Of a DNA stretch of 64,000 nt, positions 38,806 to 51,711 are shown piece after piece. The translations under genes and the position numbers were made by a program. The first letter of the stretch is position 1; the number at the start of each line of letters is the position of its first letter. The notes under the pieces are model-generated. The model did not search any database and was not told the origin of the DNA. It was given only the letters and a program-made list of their open reading frames with translations. This DNA is from Eledone cirrhosa (lineage: Eukaryota): contig OZ024744.1 in the NCBI GenBank assembly GCA_964016885.1, positions 8,556,001 to 8,620,000 on the forward strand, in the 5' to 3' direction.

Positions 38806-41581
38806 TGGCCACAAGGGCCGACATATAGGGGACAATACAAAAGACTGGGACAGTGGGGTTTTACAGAAAAATCGAGTAAACAATATAAATAAACAAAGTA
38901 AGAATAACAAAGTAACAATAAAGTAACAAGAAAATTACAACAAGAAAACATTCCCCAATAGGGGGATTGACCACCTAGGGTTCGCTCAGGTACCCCACCA
39001 GTCCTGAACGACCCGACGCTTCGAGAGCACCCTGGAAGGGCACCCCTCTCCTCTTTAAATTTACCTACCTACAGCCGCATGACGAGAGTAGGCCCACTCA
39101 CACGAGCCATTCTCGCCACATTCACCCACCTTTCAGCAAATGTACTGGGTGGCAGCACTTCTCTCTCCACCCTCACCTTCCTTTCCAAGTGAAACTTGAA
39201 AAAGTTGATGAGGGATTGGCCGAAAAGAAAAGTGTCTGTCTTCAGTCCTTTCAACCTCGTCCACCATACAACCTCTTTCGCTACTGCCACCAGACAGAGG
39301 AAAATTGCCTGCCCTTCCTGGCCAAAAGAAGGCGGCGGGTCGATCTTCACTATGAACTCGGCCGATAGCCGGATCCGTTCTACACGCGACAACAGCTGTT
39401 CAACATAACTCCACAAGTCAGTAATGCACGGACACTGGACGAGTGCGTGCAGAACGGTTTCGTCGCTCTGCGCGTATCTTGGGCAGGTCCGTCTGACAGC
39501 ACTTCCGTGCCTATAGAGTTTATCCCGAACCGGCAGTGCCCCCCGGTAGCACAACCAAGCGAGGGATTTTTGGAAATTATCCATCGTCCCCGGCTCGAAA
39601 GTCCTCCGGTTGAGATTGGTTAGTTCGACTTCGTTGACTCCCAGAGCCTCTCCGAGTGCGTCGACGCACTTGTCCACCACTAACCACCACTAATCCTCTA
39701 TAGAACTCGAGAGTGGAAGTTCCACTGACCGCATTTCCCGCCTGGTAGAGGGCAATGAGTGCCTGTCAACATTCCAGATGCCAGTCACCCAGTCTCGGTC
39801 TCTTCTTGACCCAGGACTCCAACTTAGTCAAAGAAACGAGCTGCGGAAAGGCCCGTCTGACAAACGGCGACCTCACCTGTTCACCGTTTAGGCAGAATAT
39901 CTGGAGATGCCGCAGCCTCAGCGCGTGCCTGCGCATCATTAGCCACGGCATGCCCAGCCCTCCACGTAGAGGGTGCTGGCAGCAGATGGACCGCCTCACC
40001 AGCGGAACCTGACCCCTCCACAAGAATTTGAAGAGGAGCCGCTCCAAGATGGCGAGGCGCGAACGGGGGCCAGGGACGACAGTCAGACGGTAGTAGATGA
40101 CGGACGCGATGTACGCGTTCGCCACCTCCGCCCGACCTTTCAGTCATAGCTTCATCCCAGCCCATTTCTGCGTGAGACTGACTACCTTGCCCGTCACCTC
40201 GTCCCAATTCTTATCCACCTGGAGGTCTGGCCCGAACCAAACCCCGAGCAACTTTACCGGTCCGTCCGTCCAGCGTCCCATGACGTTGTTGGACGGCATG
40301 GACTTGCCTCTCCAGGTGCCGAGTTGCAAGCCCACCGACATTTCCGGGTTAAGTTTTGCTCCCGTCAACCTTTCATATTCCTCCAATAAGTTGCCGACCA
40401 CCTCGATTTCTGAGGTGTTCGAAACCATCACGATATGTCGTCCGCATAAGCCGACACAGCCTTTCCGCGTCCCGGTTCGAGCGGGATGCCCTGCAACACT
40501 CCAGCTTCCACAGTAAAGGCTCGAGATTCAATACGTACAGAAGGGAGGAGAGAGGGCACCCTTGATGGACCGATCGGGAGACCTGAAACGGTTCCGAGAG
40601 GTGGCCATTAATTTTGACCATCGAGTAGGTGCCGCTGTGCATTGCAGCGATCCAGCTTCTGAAGATGGGGCCGAAGCCATCTTGAGGACAGCGTCCAGAT
40701 ACTGATGGTCGACCCTAGCGAATGCTTTCGATTGATCTAAATTGATCAGAGCCCCACCGAAGCCAGGTTTACACCCTACCCTCTCTATGATGTATCGCAT
40801 TAGGTGGAGGTTGTCGAGTATGTACCTGGTTGGGATTGCTCAATTTCCGCCTCCCCAACCAAATCCCCGACGACAAGCGCCAACCTCTTCACTAACACCA
40901 TGGCCAAAATCTTAAACTCTGTGTTGAGCAGAGTTATGGGCCTGAAGTTGTCTAATGTGTCCCTCTTGTTCTCGTCTTTCCTTATCAGCGTCACTACGCC
41001 CCGGCTCACAGAACTGAGAATACTCCCGTTTTGCTGCCAGTTGCAGTAGAGCGCTTCAATGAGATTGGAGAACAAGTCTGGCATATTTACGTAAAGCTCG
41101 TAGGGCAGACCATCTAAACCGGGTGACTTGCGCCTCATGCAGCCTACAAGGGCATCCTGAATCTCGGCTGAAGTAATTGGCCTTTCGCAGCGCCCAGCGT
41201 CAGCCGTCGAGAGTTACGGCAAGCCATCGAGGTCGGGACTGAAGTCCGCCACCATCTCTGACCCGCCAATTCCCCCGAACAACCGAGCAAAATGTTGGCG
41301 AAAGGCCTCACACATCCTCTTGGAATCGCTCAGTGGTCTTGTTTTCGTTGGGGGTGTTGTTGACGTTGTTCTTGTTGGTGTTGCTGTTAGCACTGTCGCT
41401 GTTATCATTGTTGTCTTTGTTGCCACCGTTGTTCTCGGTGCAGTTCGTATTGTTGCTGTTGGTGTTGTCGCTATTTGTTTTCATGTTAGTGGTGTTGATA
41501 TTGTTGTTGTATTTGTTTTGTAAATAATTTAAACAGGCAAATAAAGCGACTTACTGCGAGCAAAATACGTCCGCTTAGACC
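38806..41581 (-). mobile_element. Tx1 LINE copy D; 5' end and 3'UTR retained, two large internal deletions
   Basis: RT and C-terminal ORFs span 39069-41138. At ~41333 ORF2 joins the ORF1 N-rich head, and at ~41521 it joins the 5'UTR. The 5' end resembles copy B. Confidence 0.92.
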
Positions 41582-41614
41582 AATAATAATAATAATAATG
41601 ATAATAATAATAAT

Positions 41615-44600
41615 GATTTCTTTATTGGCCACAAGGGCTGACATAAAAAAAAAACATTACAGATGGCACAGGACGGTACAGGACGGTACGATGTGGGTTT
41701 TGTGCGTGTAAAGATTTTTATTATTTATATAAGAAAAGAAAAAAAGGACATAGAAACATATATATATAAACAATAAAAATGAAAATTGAAACAATGAAAA
41801 ATTTTTCAATAGGGGGGAATCCTCCGAGGGTTACTCGTGGTGAAAACCACAAAAAGGACCACGGCCACCCTGATCAAAAATTGAGAGAGGGCAAAGCCGA
41901 CCACACCTGTTCATCGTCAAGGAAGAACCAGACATGTCGCAGCCTCAGCGCATGTTTGCGCATCATCAGCCATAGCATGCCCAGTCTTCCACGCAACGGG
42001 TGTTGACAGCAGATGGATCGTCTGACCATGGGAGCGCGTCCCTTCCACAAAAAGCGGAAGAGGAGGCGCTCCATTTTGGTGAGAGTTGGGTCGGGGCAAG
42101 TGACGACGGTGAGGCAGTAGCAGGTGACGGATGCGATGTACGCATTCGCCACCTCCACCCGGCCTTTCAGGGACAGTTTCCTCACGGCCCATTTCTGGGT
42201 GAGGGAGGACACCTTGCTCGTCACCTCGCTCCAGTTTTTCTCCATCTGTAGGTCCGGTCCGAACCATACCCCGAGCAATTTAACTGGTTCGTCCATCCAA
42301 CGCCCCACGATGCTGTCGGACGGCATGGACATTCCACACTATGTGCCGAGCTGCAACCCCACCATATTTTCCTGGTGTATCTTCGCTCCTGTCACCCCTT
42401 CGTATTCCTGGAGGGCGGTATCGAGCATCTGGACGTGTCTGGTGTTCGACACCACTATGGTGATGTCCTCGGCGTAAGCCAACTCGGATTTCCCGCATCC
42501 TAGTTCGCGTGGGACGCCCCTAATCGCCCCCAGTTTGTGCAGTAACGGCTCGAGAACCAATACGTACAAGAGGGACGAGAGGCGACAACCCTGGCGGACC
42601 GAGCGCATGATGCTGAACGGCTGCGACAGGTGACCGTTCACCCTCACAACTGAGCAGATGATGTTGTACATCACAGCGATCCAACCCCTGAAAACGGGCC
42701 GGAAACCGGCTGCCTCGAGGACCGCCGCCAGGTAACGATGGTCGACCCTATCGAATGCTTTGGATTGATCCAAGTTGATCAGGGCTCCACCCGCGCCAGG
42801 TTCCTTAACCACCCTCTCTATGATGTATCGCATGAGGTGGATGTTGTCGTGTACGGATTTGTCCGGAATGGCGCATGTCTGCGCCTCTCTCACTAGACCC
42901 TTGGCGACAAGCGCCAAAGTCGTTGCTAACACCTTGGACAAAATCTTGAACTCTGTGTTTAGCAGGGTTATGGGCCTGAAATTATCGATAACATCCCCCT
43001 TGTTTGGGTCTTTTCTCAGCAGCGGCACCGTTCCCCGGCTCACAAAACTGGGAATGTTCCCGTTCTGTTGCCAGTTGCAGTAGACGTCTGCCAAGAGGTC
43101 ACCGAACAAGTCTGGCATAAATGCATAAAGCTCGTAGGGCAGACCATCCAAACCTGGCTTTTCGCAACACTGTGCTGCGGTCGTCGAGAGCCGAGGCAGT
43201 CCGTCGACGTATGCACTGAAGTCCATGCCCCGATCCGGGCCGCCGCCGCTCCCGAACAGTTCAGCAAAGTGCTGCTGAAAAGCTTCACACATCCGCTCGG
43301 GCTCGAGCATCACGCACCCGTTTCGGTCAGACAAAGACCTAATTGTGGCTTTGTTGCCACGTCGCGCCTCTGCCACTCGGGCCTATTGGACGGCTTTTGT
43401 CCCCTCGTGTTTCAGAGCACGCGCTCTAGCTCTGACAACGCAGTCTTCGTGTTTTGCGTTGAAGAATTGGTAGAGTTCCAATCCCGCCGCAAGCACGTCG
43501 TTTGCGATGCCTGTCCTAAACGCCTCTTCTAGCTTTCTGACTAGCTCTCCCTCTACTCTATTTTCCTCTATCACTTCTCCTTTGCTAAACCTAATCGACT
43601 CAACTTTAATTGCCATTTTCAGGGCGAATCACCACCTGTTGTTGACCTCTCCCGTCAACGCCCGCTTATCTAATACGCTAATCCAGTCTCTGTAGGCTTT
43701 GCGCGCCGGGAAAGACCCGTTCAGCTTCCAGTAACTGGGTCCTTGTCTATGAAGTCTGTCTATGTCGATCTCACAGATCACAAATTGTGGTCTGTGTAGT
43801 CGACTACTTTAAATTGTGGACAACTTATACTAGCCTTATCTAGTTCTCTGCAGAATACCCTATCTAGATACGATCTGGATGACCCGATGCGGTTTGTCCA
43901 TGTCCACATTGGCACATTCGGGTGATCCAGTCGATAATTGTCAGACAGTTCAAAACGTCTGACAGGTTGGTGAGGCTCTTGCACCCTCCTCCCCTATCCA
44001 CTAGCTCCACACAATCCCAGCGTGCATCCAAGATACCGTTCCAGTCGCCCACTAACACTAAAGAGCGGGACGTTCCAAGAAAGGTCTCTAGACGTCTGAA
44101 GAAATCTGGCCGTCCTGTCCGGGCATAGACGGCTACTTGCCTGAAAGGGTTGCCTTCGGTGCCGCTTACGTCCAGCACCACCGACTTACCTTCTGGGTCC
44201 AGGAAGATCGTCCGTATGGCGAGACCCTAGCCGTTCCGAAACAACACAGCCACTCCGCCCCCCGCTCCAGGACGGCTCGGAGATGCGTACACATCATAAT
44301 AGTCGAAGATCGGTGCGAAAGCTTGCGTTTCAGAGATTCTCGTCTCGCTGATGGCCACCACATCTATGTTTAGTGACCTGAGGTCTTTAAGCAAGTGACC
44401 CTGCTTCCAAACCGAGCTCAAGCCACGCACGTTTCCACTTCAGATCCTGAATACGGCCATGTTGGGTGAGGAACGGGGCAAGTGAGAAAGAATCACTTAC
44501 CTTGATCGTCTGGTGAAGGGACCGTTGAATCGTCCGTTCGGCTGGTTGTCGGCTCTTCTGTGAGTATATCCGAATATACTCTCCGGTTGAGTGTCCCTCC

Positions 44601-46631
44601 TAGGTCTCTGAAATCACCAACTGCGTTGGGGAATTTCGTTTTAATGTTTGTGTATTGTGTCTGTGATATTCTTACTAGTTTTATGTTCGTTGGTGTTTTG
44701 GTTGGTGCTGGTATTATGTAGTCGTGCTGTGAAATGTCTGTGTGTTCAATTATGTAAGTCATTAGTTTCTTGTTGTGTGTATTTATTGCTGTGCATTTCT
44801 TTTGCTGGGGGTGGGGTGTGGTTTTGCTATTTTCTTGTCGTTTCTGGGTGTGTGTGTTTTGTTGTTGTGTTTACGATGTTGGTGCTTGTGGTGGTGGTGT
44901 TGAAGGTGTTGTTGTTTACGGTGGGGTTGCCGCCGGTGGTGATGGTGGTGCTAGTGTGGGTGGTGATGGTGTTGGTGGTGTTGCTGCTGTAAGTCTCTTT
45001 GCAGTAGCTTTTACCCTTTTTTCATTTCTTTCCTCCCTTTTCGAAGGCGACGATGCGCTTCTTCTGAGTGTGTGCCTTCTTGCGACCTTTTGCCATCCCT
45101 CTCCCACCTCGCACTCCATGTCTGATTCTATGAGGTCGGGGAGGGGTACCAGCTCCACTCTTTCACTTGTTGTTGTTGGTGATGTTTGCAATGGAGTATC
45201 TGTTGCAGCTGCAGTTGGTATTACTGTTGTTGTTGTTGTTAATACTTCCACTGCTGCTGCTGTTCTTGATTTCCGGTGCGTGGGTATGGGTGCCACGGAC
45301 CTATCCTTCCTGCTTGCCGCCTGTCCTGTTGCTGGTAGCAGCGGAGCCTGTTTTCTCCTTTCTCAGGGTCATCTCATTGCAGAAGGCCCTGAGGTCAGTC
45401 TTCGACCCACAGCGAAAGCATTTCAGGCGTTTGCCCAAAACACTTATGGGCAGTTGAGTGCCGTTATCGAAGTCTATCACATCCGGGATAGCTTCGATGC
45501 ACTCCTGGTTGGTTTGGATTAACATCTTAATGGAGGTGCCGACCCAATCTTCTCGTACTTTTTTCTGTACTTGCAGTACAGTTGTTTTGTCCTCGATTCC
45601 GACGACAATAGACGCGGCCAGCCAAGAAGGGGCCATCCTACTTGGGTCAGTTTACCCTCACAATTTTTTTCCCGCAGTAGGAGGGCACTAACACCATTTC
45701 CTCGCTCCTTAGGGTCACTAAGGATTGAGCCTTTGCCTGCTGGGGTGTGGAAAAAAGCACGTCTACGGTGACATATTTCTTGCCTCGGGTGATATGCGTT
45801 TTCTGCTGCCACACAGACCCTAAGGCGTTTTGTATTTGAGCCTCTGTGGCTCTTTCAACCCTACGGGATTTTGTGCTTACTGTACGGTACGTGACCGTAC
45901 AGTGCTGTTGGATTTCGAAAAATTCTTCGGCTGCCTTGCAGATTGCTCGGTGTTAGGTTTTCGTCACCATCTTCTTCGCTTCCTGTAATTCCTCATTTGT
46001 TATAAGGATGGTTTCCAGGTTCTTTGCGATCCCTCAAACGAGATTTTTTTTTCTTTCTTGTTGTTGTTGTTGTTGTTGTTGTTGCTCTTGCTACTGCTGC
46101 TGTTATTACGGCTGCTGCTGCTATTCCTCATGACGTCAGACGAATGAAATGGCTTTCCGTATTTACCGCACACATCTTTCGTCGTCGTCATCGTGGAGAA
46201 ATGTTCCACGGTACGCGCGTTCTCTTGATGAAGAACGCTACGGGAAACTACATTTACTTTTTATTTAATGGCGTCGCTTGCGAAGGAGGTGACAGAGGCG
46301 ACACCACATTTAGAGAAGGGAGGGAGAGAGACAATCTTCTCTCTGACGTAATGACGATTGAGGAAGAAGAAGACGGAAGGAGTGGGAGTGACTTGTGAAA
46401 AATATTTTTTGTAGCCATGTTTTTTACGCTTTAAAATGAATATTGGGCACAAATCCCCAATAATTTGTTATTTAACCCCAAAGGGGCAAATAACGGGCGG
46501 AAAGACCCCTCTCACGAGGAGGAGTGTGTCTTTATCTACAACTTGGATCAAGTTTTAAAAAATTTACAATTGTTATAGCGGCTAAAATTTACAATACCTT
46601 ACAGAGCCGAGCCCCGTCAACGATAGCATTC
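41615..46631 (-). mobile_element. Tx1 LINE copy E (second subfamily), near full length, ORF2 C-terminus deleted near 41885
   Basis: ORF1 pieces carry CFRCGSKTDLRAFC. APE spans ~44460-43730. RT ORF 42339-43376. (AAT)n on both sides. Confidence 0.93.
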
Positions 46632-46664
<33 letters not shown>

Positions 46665-46665
<1 letters not shown>

Positions 46666-49600
46666 CTTTCTTTATTAACCATAAGGGTTTACACAAAGTA
46701 AACATTAAGGACAGTAGAGGACAATACAGGACGGTACAAATGGGCATTTCTGCGTGTAAAAAAAACAAAAAACAGAGGATGTAACAAAAAAAAGAACAAT
46801 GAAAAATTCCCCAATGGTGGGGAGGCTTCCGAGGGCCATCATGGAGAAAGCCCATTATAAAAAAGCCACAGTGACCCTGACTACCAGAGCAAGAGCCCTC
46901 TCCCAGTTTTTCACCTTCAATTTACAGACACATACTCAGAGTAGACCCATTCACTCGGGCCATTCTTGCTTCTCTCACCCATCTTTCAACAAAATGCTGG
47001 GAAGAGAGCACTTCCCTCTCTACCCTGATTTTCCTTTTCAAATGAAATTTGAAAAGGTCAATCAGGGCATCACCGAAGAGGTAAGTGCTCGTCTTCAGCC
47101 CTTTCAAACGTGTCCACCATACTATCTCTTTCGCTATGGCCACCAGACAGATAAAAACTGCCTGCCCTTCCCGGCTAAAGGAAGAGGGCGGGCAATCCTC
47201 ACGATGGACTCAGCTGTTAGCTGGATCCGTCCTACACGCGACAGCAGGTGTTCGACATAAACCCACAAGTCAGCAATGCTCGGACGCTGGACGAGTGCGC
47301 GCATCTCAGACATGCCCGTCTGACGGCACCTCCATGCCTGTAGAGTTTTTCCCGAACTGGCAAAGCTCCTCGGTAGCACTGCCAGGCCAGGGATTTCTGG
47401 AAGTTGTCCATAGGCCCCGGCCCGAAAGTTCTTCCGAAGAGATTGGCTAGTTGATTTTCGTCGATGCCTAGAGTTTCTCCAAGTACGTCGTCGCTCTTCC
47501 CCTCCACTAATCCTCTATAGAACGCCAAGGTGGAGTTTCCACCGATCATATTGCCCGATTGGTCGAGGGCTGTGAGCGCCTGAAGACATTCCAGTCTCCA
47601 AGCGCTCCCTCTCGGTCTTCGCTTGACCCAGGACTGCAGCTCCGTCAAGGAGACGAGCTGGGGAAGACGTGTCTAGCAAACGGCGACCACACCTGATCAC
47701 CGTCGAGGAAGAGGTGGAGATGTCGTAGCCTGAGCGCGTGTCTCCGCATCATCAGCCACGGCATTTCCAGCCCTCCACGTAGCGGGTGTTGACAGCAGAT
47801 GGACCGCCTAAGGAAGAAAGAACCCTAAAAAAAAGAAAATGAAAACTACCCCACCTCCTACACCACAATCAACAGCCACACCCCCAAAACCACCTACACC
47901 ACCGACACGACCACCACCGCCACTCTTAGCATCTACCCAACCGTCACCTCCAACAACACTAGAACAAACACAGAAAGCACCAACACCCCAACATCAAACA
48001 CAATGCACAGCCATAGACAGACAACACAAAGCTTTTAAATTACATTCAACACCACACCAACATCACAGAAACAAACTACGGACAAACCACCAAAGTAGCA
48101 CCCCCCACACACATAAAAATAATAGAAATTACACAAGAAAATTACATGACATTAAAAAAAATGTTCCCCACATCCGTTGGAGACTACCGAGGGGACATCA
48201 CTAAAAGAATATTCACGGATATTCTCGTGGAGTAACCCACCAATGGTCGGAGGGATGGATCACCCACCCCCTTCCTAAAGAAGAGCCACAGGTAATTTTT
48301 TGTACATCTCCCCTCTCACTTGTTTTCCTCCTATCCTAGCCAACATGGCTTCTCTCAGAATAGGTAGCATAAATGTACGTGGCCTGGGGACGTCTTGGAA
48401 GCAGGACTACCTGCTGAACGATCTCAGGTCGCTAAACATAGATGTGGTGGCCATCAGCGAGACCATCGCACCCATTTTCGGCGGCTATGAGGTGTACACA
48501 TCTCTAAGCCGTCCCGGATCTGGGCGGGGGAAGGGGAGGGGTCCGAAGAAGATTGGATCTCGAGATACGGGCCGTCTTCTTGGACACAGAGTGTAAGTTG
48601 GTGGTACTTGACGTGACCAGCAGAGAAGGACAAATGTCAGGCTAGTGGCCCTTATGCCACAACAGGAGCAGGACGGCCTGATTTCTTCCGGCGTCTGGAG
48701 AGCTTTCTTGGAACGTCCCTCTCTCTATTGTTAGTGGGCGACTGGAACGGGATTTTAGATGCACGCTGGGATTGTGAGGGGCTAGCGGATAGGGAAGGAG
48801 GGTGCAAGAGCCTCACCAACATGCTCAGGCGTTTTGACAGGTACCGATTGGATTTCCCGAATGTATCAATGTGGATTTGGACAAACCGCATCGGATCATC
48901 CAGATCATATCTAGATAGAGTATTTTGTAGGGAAATAGATAGGTCTAGCATATGCTGTTCACAATTCAAGATAGTCAGCTACACGGACCACAAATTCGTG
49001 ATCTGTGTGCTTGACTTAGATAGGCTTCATAGACAAGGACCCGGCTACTGGAAGCTAAACGCATCCTTACCAGCGCGCAAGGCCTACAGAGACCGGATTA
49101 ACGAACTAGTTAAGCGGGCGTTGATGGGGGCCATCGTCAACAACAAGTGGTGGTTTGCTCTGAAAAGAGCGATTAGAATAGAGTCCATTAGGTTTAGTAA
49201 GGCTTTAGCAATAGAGAAAAATAGAGCAGAGGGAGAACTAGTTAGAAAATTAGACGAGGCGCTTAGCAAAGGAATCGCGACCAACGTACTTGTGGCGAAA
49301 TTGGCCCTTGACCAATTCTTCAATGCAAAGCACGAAGGCTGCGTTGTCAGAGCTAGGGTGCGTGCTCTCAGACACGAGGGGACGAAAGCCGTTCAATGGG
49401 CCAGTGTGGCGGTGACGCGTCATGTCAACAAAGCCACGATCTGGTTTTGGTGGACCACGACGGGCGCATGCTACTCGATCCCGAGAAAATGTGAGAACAT
49501 TTTCAGCGACACTTCGCACAACTGTTCGGGGGCAGCGGCGGGCCGGATCGAGGAATGGACTTTAGTGTCTACATCGACGGACTGCCGCGGCTCTCGGCCA

Positions 49601-50660
49601 CTGAGGCGGAGTGTTGCGAAAAGCCGATAACAGCCGCTGAAGTACGGGAGGCAATGACTGGCTGCACAAGGGGTAAATCGCCTGGTTTGGATGGTCTGCC
49701 CTATGAACTTTACGTACAGATGCCAGACTTGTTCGGAGGCCTCTTGGCGGACATCTACTGCAACTGGCAACAGAATGGGAGAATTCCCAGCTCTATGAGC
49801 CGAAGAGCGGTGGCGCTGCTGAGAAATGGATCCGAACAATGGGGATAACATAGATAATTTCAGGCCCATAACTCTGCTAAACACAGAGTTCAAGATTTTG
49901 GCCGAGGTACTAGCGAAGAGATTGGCGCTTGTCGTTGGTGGTCTGGTGGGAGAGGCGCAGACATGCACCATTCCCGACAGATCCATCCACAACAACCTCC
50001 ACCTCATGCGATACATCGTAGAGAGGGTAGCTAGGGAACCTGGCACGGGTGGGTCTTTGATCAATTTAGATCAGTCGAAAGCTTTCGATAGGGTCGACCA
50101 TCGTTACCTAGCGGCAGTCCTGAGGGCGGCTGGCTTTGGGCCCGTCTTCAGAGGCTGGATCACTGCCATGCACTGCGACATCTGCTCTGTGGTGAGAGTG
50201 AACGGTCACCTTTCGGAACCCTTCAACATCATGCGCTCGGTCCGCCAAGGATGTCCCCTCTCGTCCCTCTTGTACGTATTGACTCTCGAGCCATTACTGC
50301 ACAAACTGGAGACGTCGAGGGGGGTCCCGCGCGAACTAGGATGCGGAAGATCTGTGTCAGCATATGCGGACGATGTCACCGTAGTGGTGTCGAACGCCAA
50401 ACACATCGAGGCGATCGGCACTACACAAAGAGAATACGAAGCGGTGACAGGAGCAATGATCAACCAGGAAAAGTTAGAGGTCCTGCAGCTCGGCACCTGG
50501 AGAGGCAGGTCCATGCCGTCCAACACGTCGTCAGGCGCTGGACGGACAGACCGGTTAAATTGCTAGGGGTCTTGTTCGGTCCGGACCTCCAGACGGACAA
50601 AAACTGGGACGAGGGGACGAGCAGGCTCGCTTCTCTCACCCAGAAATGGGCAGAGAGGAA
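46665..50660 (-). mobile_element. Tx1 LINE copy F with 5' inversion: 3' part minus (46665-47810), 5' part plus (47811-50660)
   Basis: The minus part runs from RRSICCQHP to the 3' end. The plus part runs from late ORF1 through APE and RT to QKWAER. Confidence 0.9.
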
Positions 50661-50679
50661 TAATAATAATAATAATAAT

Positions 50680-51090
50680 GACAAGCTACGAAAATAAGAT
50701 CTGCTTATTGAAATTGAGAAAATGTGGCACCTCAAGGCCGTTACAGTACCAGTGATTGTGACTGGGAATGATCAAGAAAGGAACAGAACAATATTTGCGA
50801 ATGATTTTTGGTTTACCGTCAATTCCACGAGGTGCAAAAAATTGTTTTGACTGGTACTGCACACGTATTGAGAAGAGCACTATCTCTGTAAGATTGATAT
50901 CACTCCTTGTATTTACATATGCACATGTGTATATATGTATACAGTTGTTTTTTTTTAAATTATAATCAATGTGGTGTATTAACTGGCTTACCAATGTACA
51001 CTGTGAATTTATTTGCCCTAGGTGTCAGGAAGACACTCGGCATATATCTCAGAAACAATAATGAAAGAAAATAAAAATTATAGTAATAAT
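50680..51090 (+). mobile_element. 3' fragment of a second R4/Dong-like RLE LINE family
   Basis: DLLIEIEKMWHLKAVTVPVIV.G.IKKG..; frameshifted EVQKIVLTGTAHVLRRALSL*; then 3'UTR and an A/TAA-rich tail. Confidence 0.75.
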
Positions 51091-51685
51091 ACCTAGACCA
51101 GACTCACTATAAAGGCTGGAGACATGATGTGATGGGCAGGGTGATCCACTGGCACCTATGCAAAGTAAACAATTTACCACATTCTGAGAAGTGGTATGAG
51201 CATAAGCCAGAGTCGGTGATAGAAAACGATCAGGTGAAGGTGCTGTGGGATTTTAGGATACAGACGGACAAGAAACTGGAACACAATAGACCTGACCTGG
51301 TGGTTTTGGACAAGGAAAAAAGATCGTGTCTGATTGAAGATGTAGCCTGCCCATTCGACACGAGAGTGCAAGAGAAGGAGAGGGAGAAAATTAACCGATA
51401 CCAGGACTTAAAGTGGGAGGTAAAAAGGATTTGGAACTGCCATGATGTCAAAGTGGTCCCGAATGTCATAGGCGCACTGGGGACTATCTCAAAGAGTTTC
51501 CAAGGATGGTTAAAGAAAGTTAGTCCAGCCCCAATTTTTGGAACACTTCAAAAGGCATGCTTGCTGGGAACAGCAAGAACCCTCTGATACGTCCTGAATA
51601 TCTGAATCTGCAGGTAGCGGCTTGATATTCATTTCAACAAACTTTCCAGTTAAATAACATCAATGACTGAGACTCAAAGAACAAC
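51091..51685 (+). mobile_element. R4/Dong-type LINE 3' fragment (RLE domain)
   Basis: ORF 51129-51587 and upstream show RHD, RPDLVV, DVACPFD, K..RYQDL and IGALG. (AAT)n tail at 51686-51711. Confidence 0.92.
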
Positions 51686-51711
51686 AATAATAATAATAAT
51701 AATAATAATAA

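Noticed and set aside
44648-45522. Long V/G/C-rich plus-strand ORFs (also at 29.9-31.6 and 35.9-37.4 kb)
   Set aside because: Antisense shadows of the T/P/N-rich low-complexity Tx1 ORF1.
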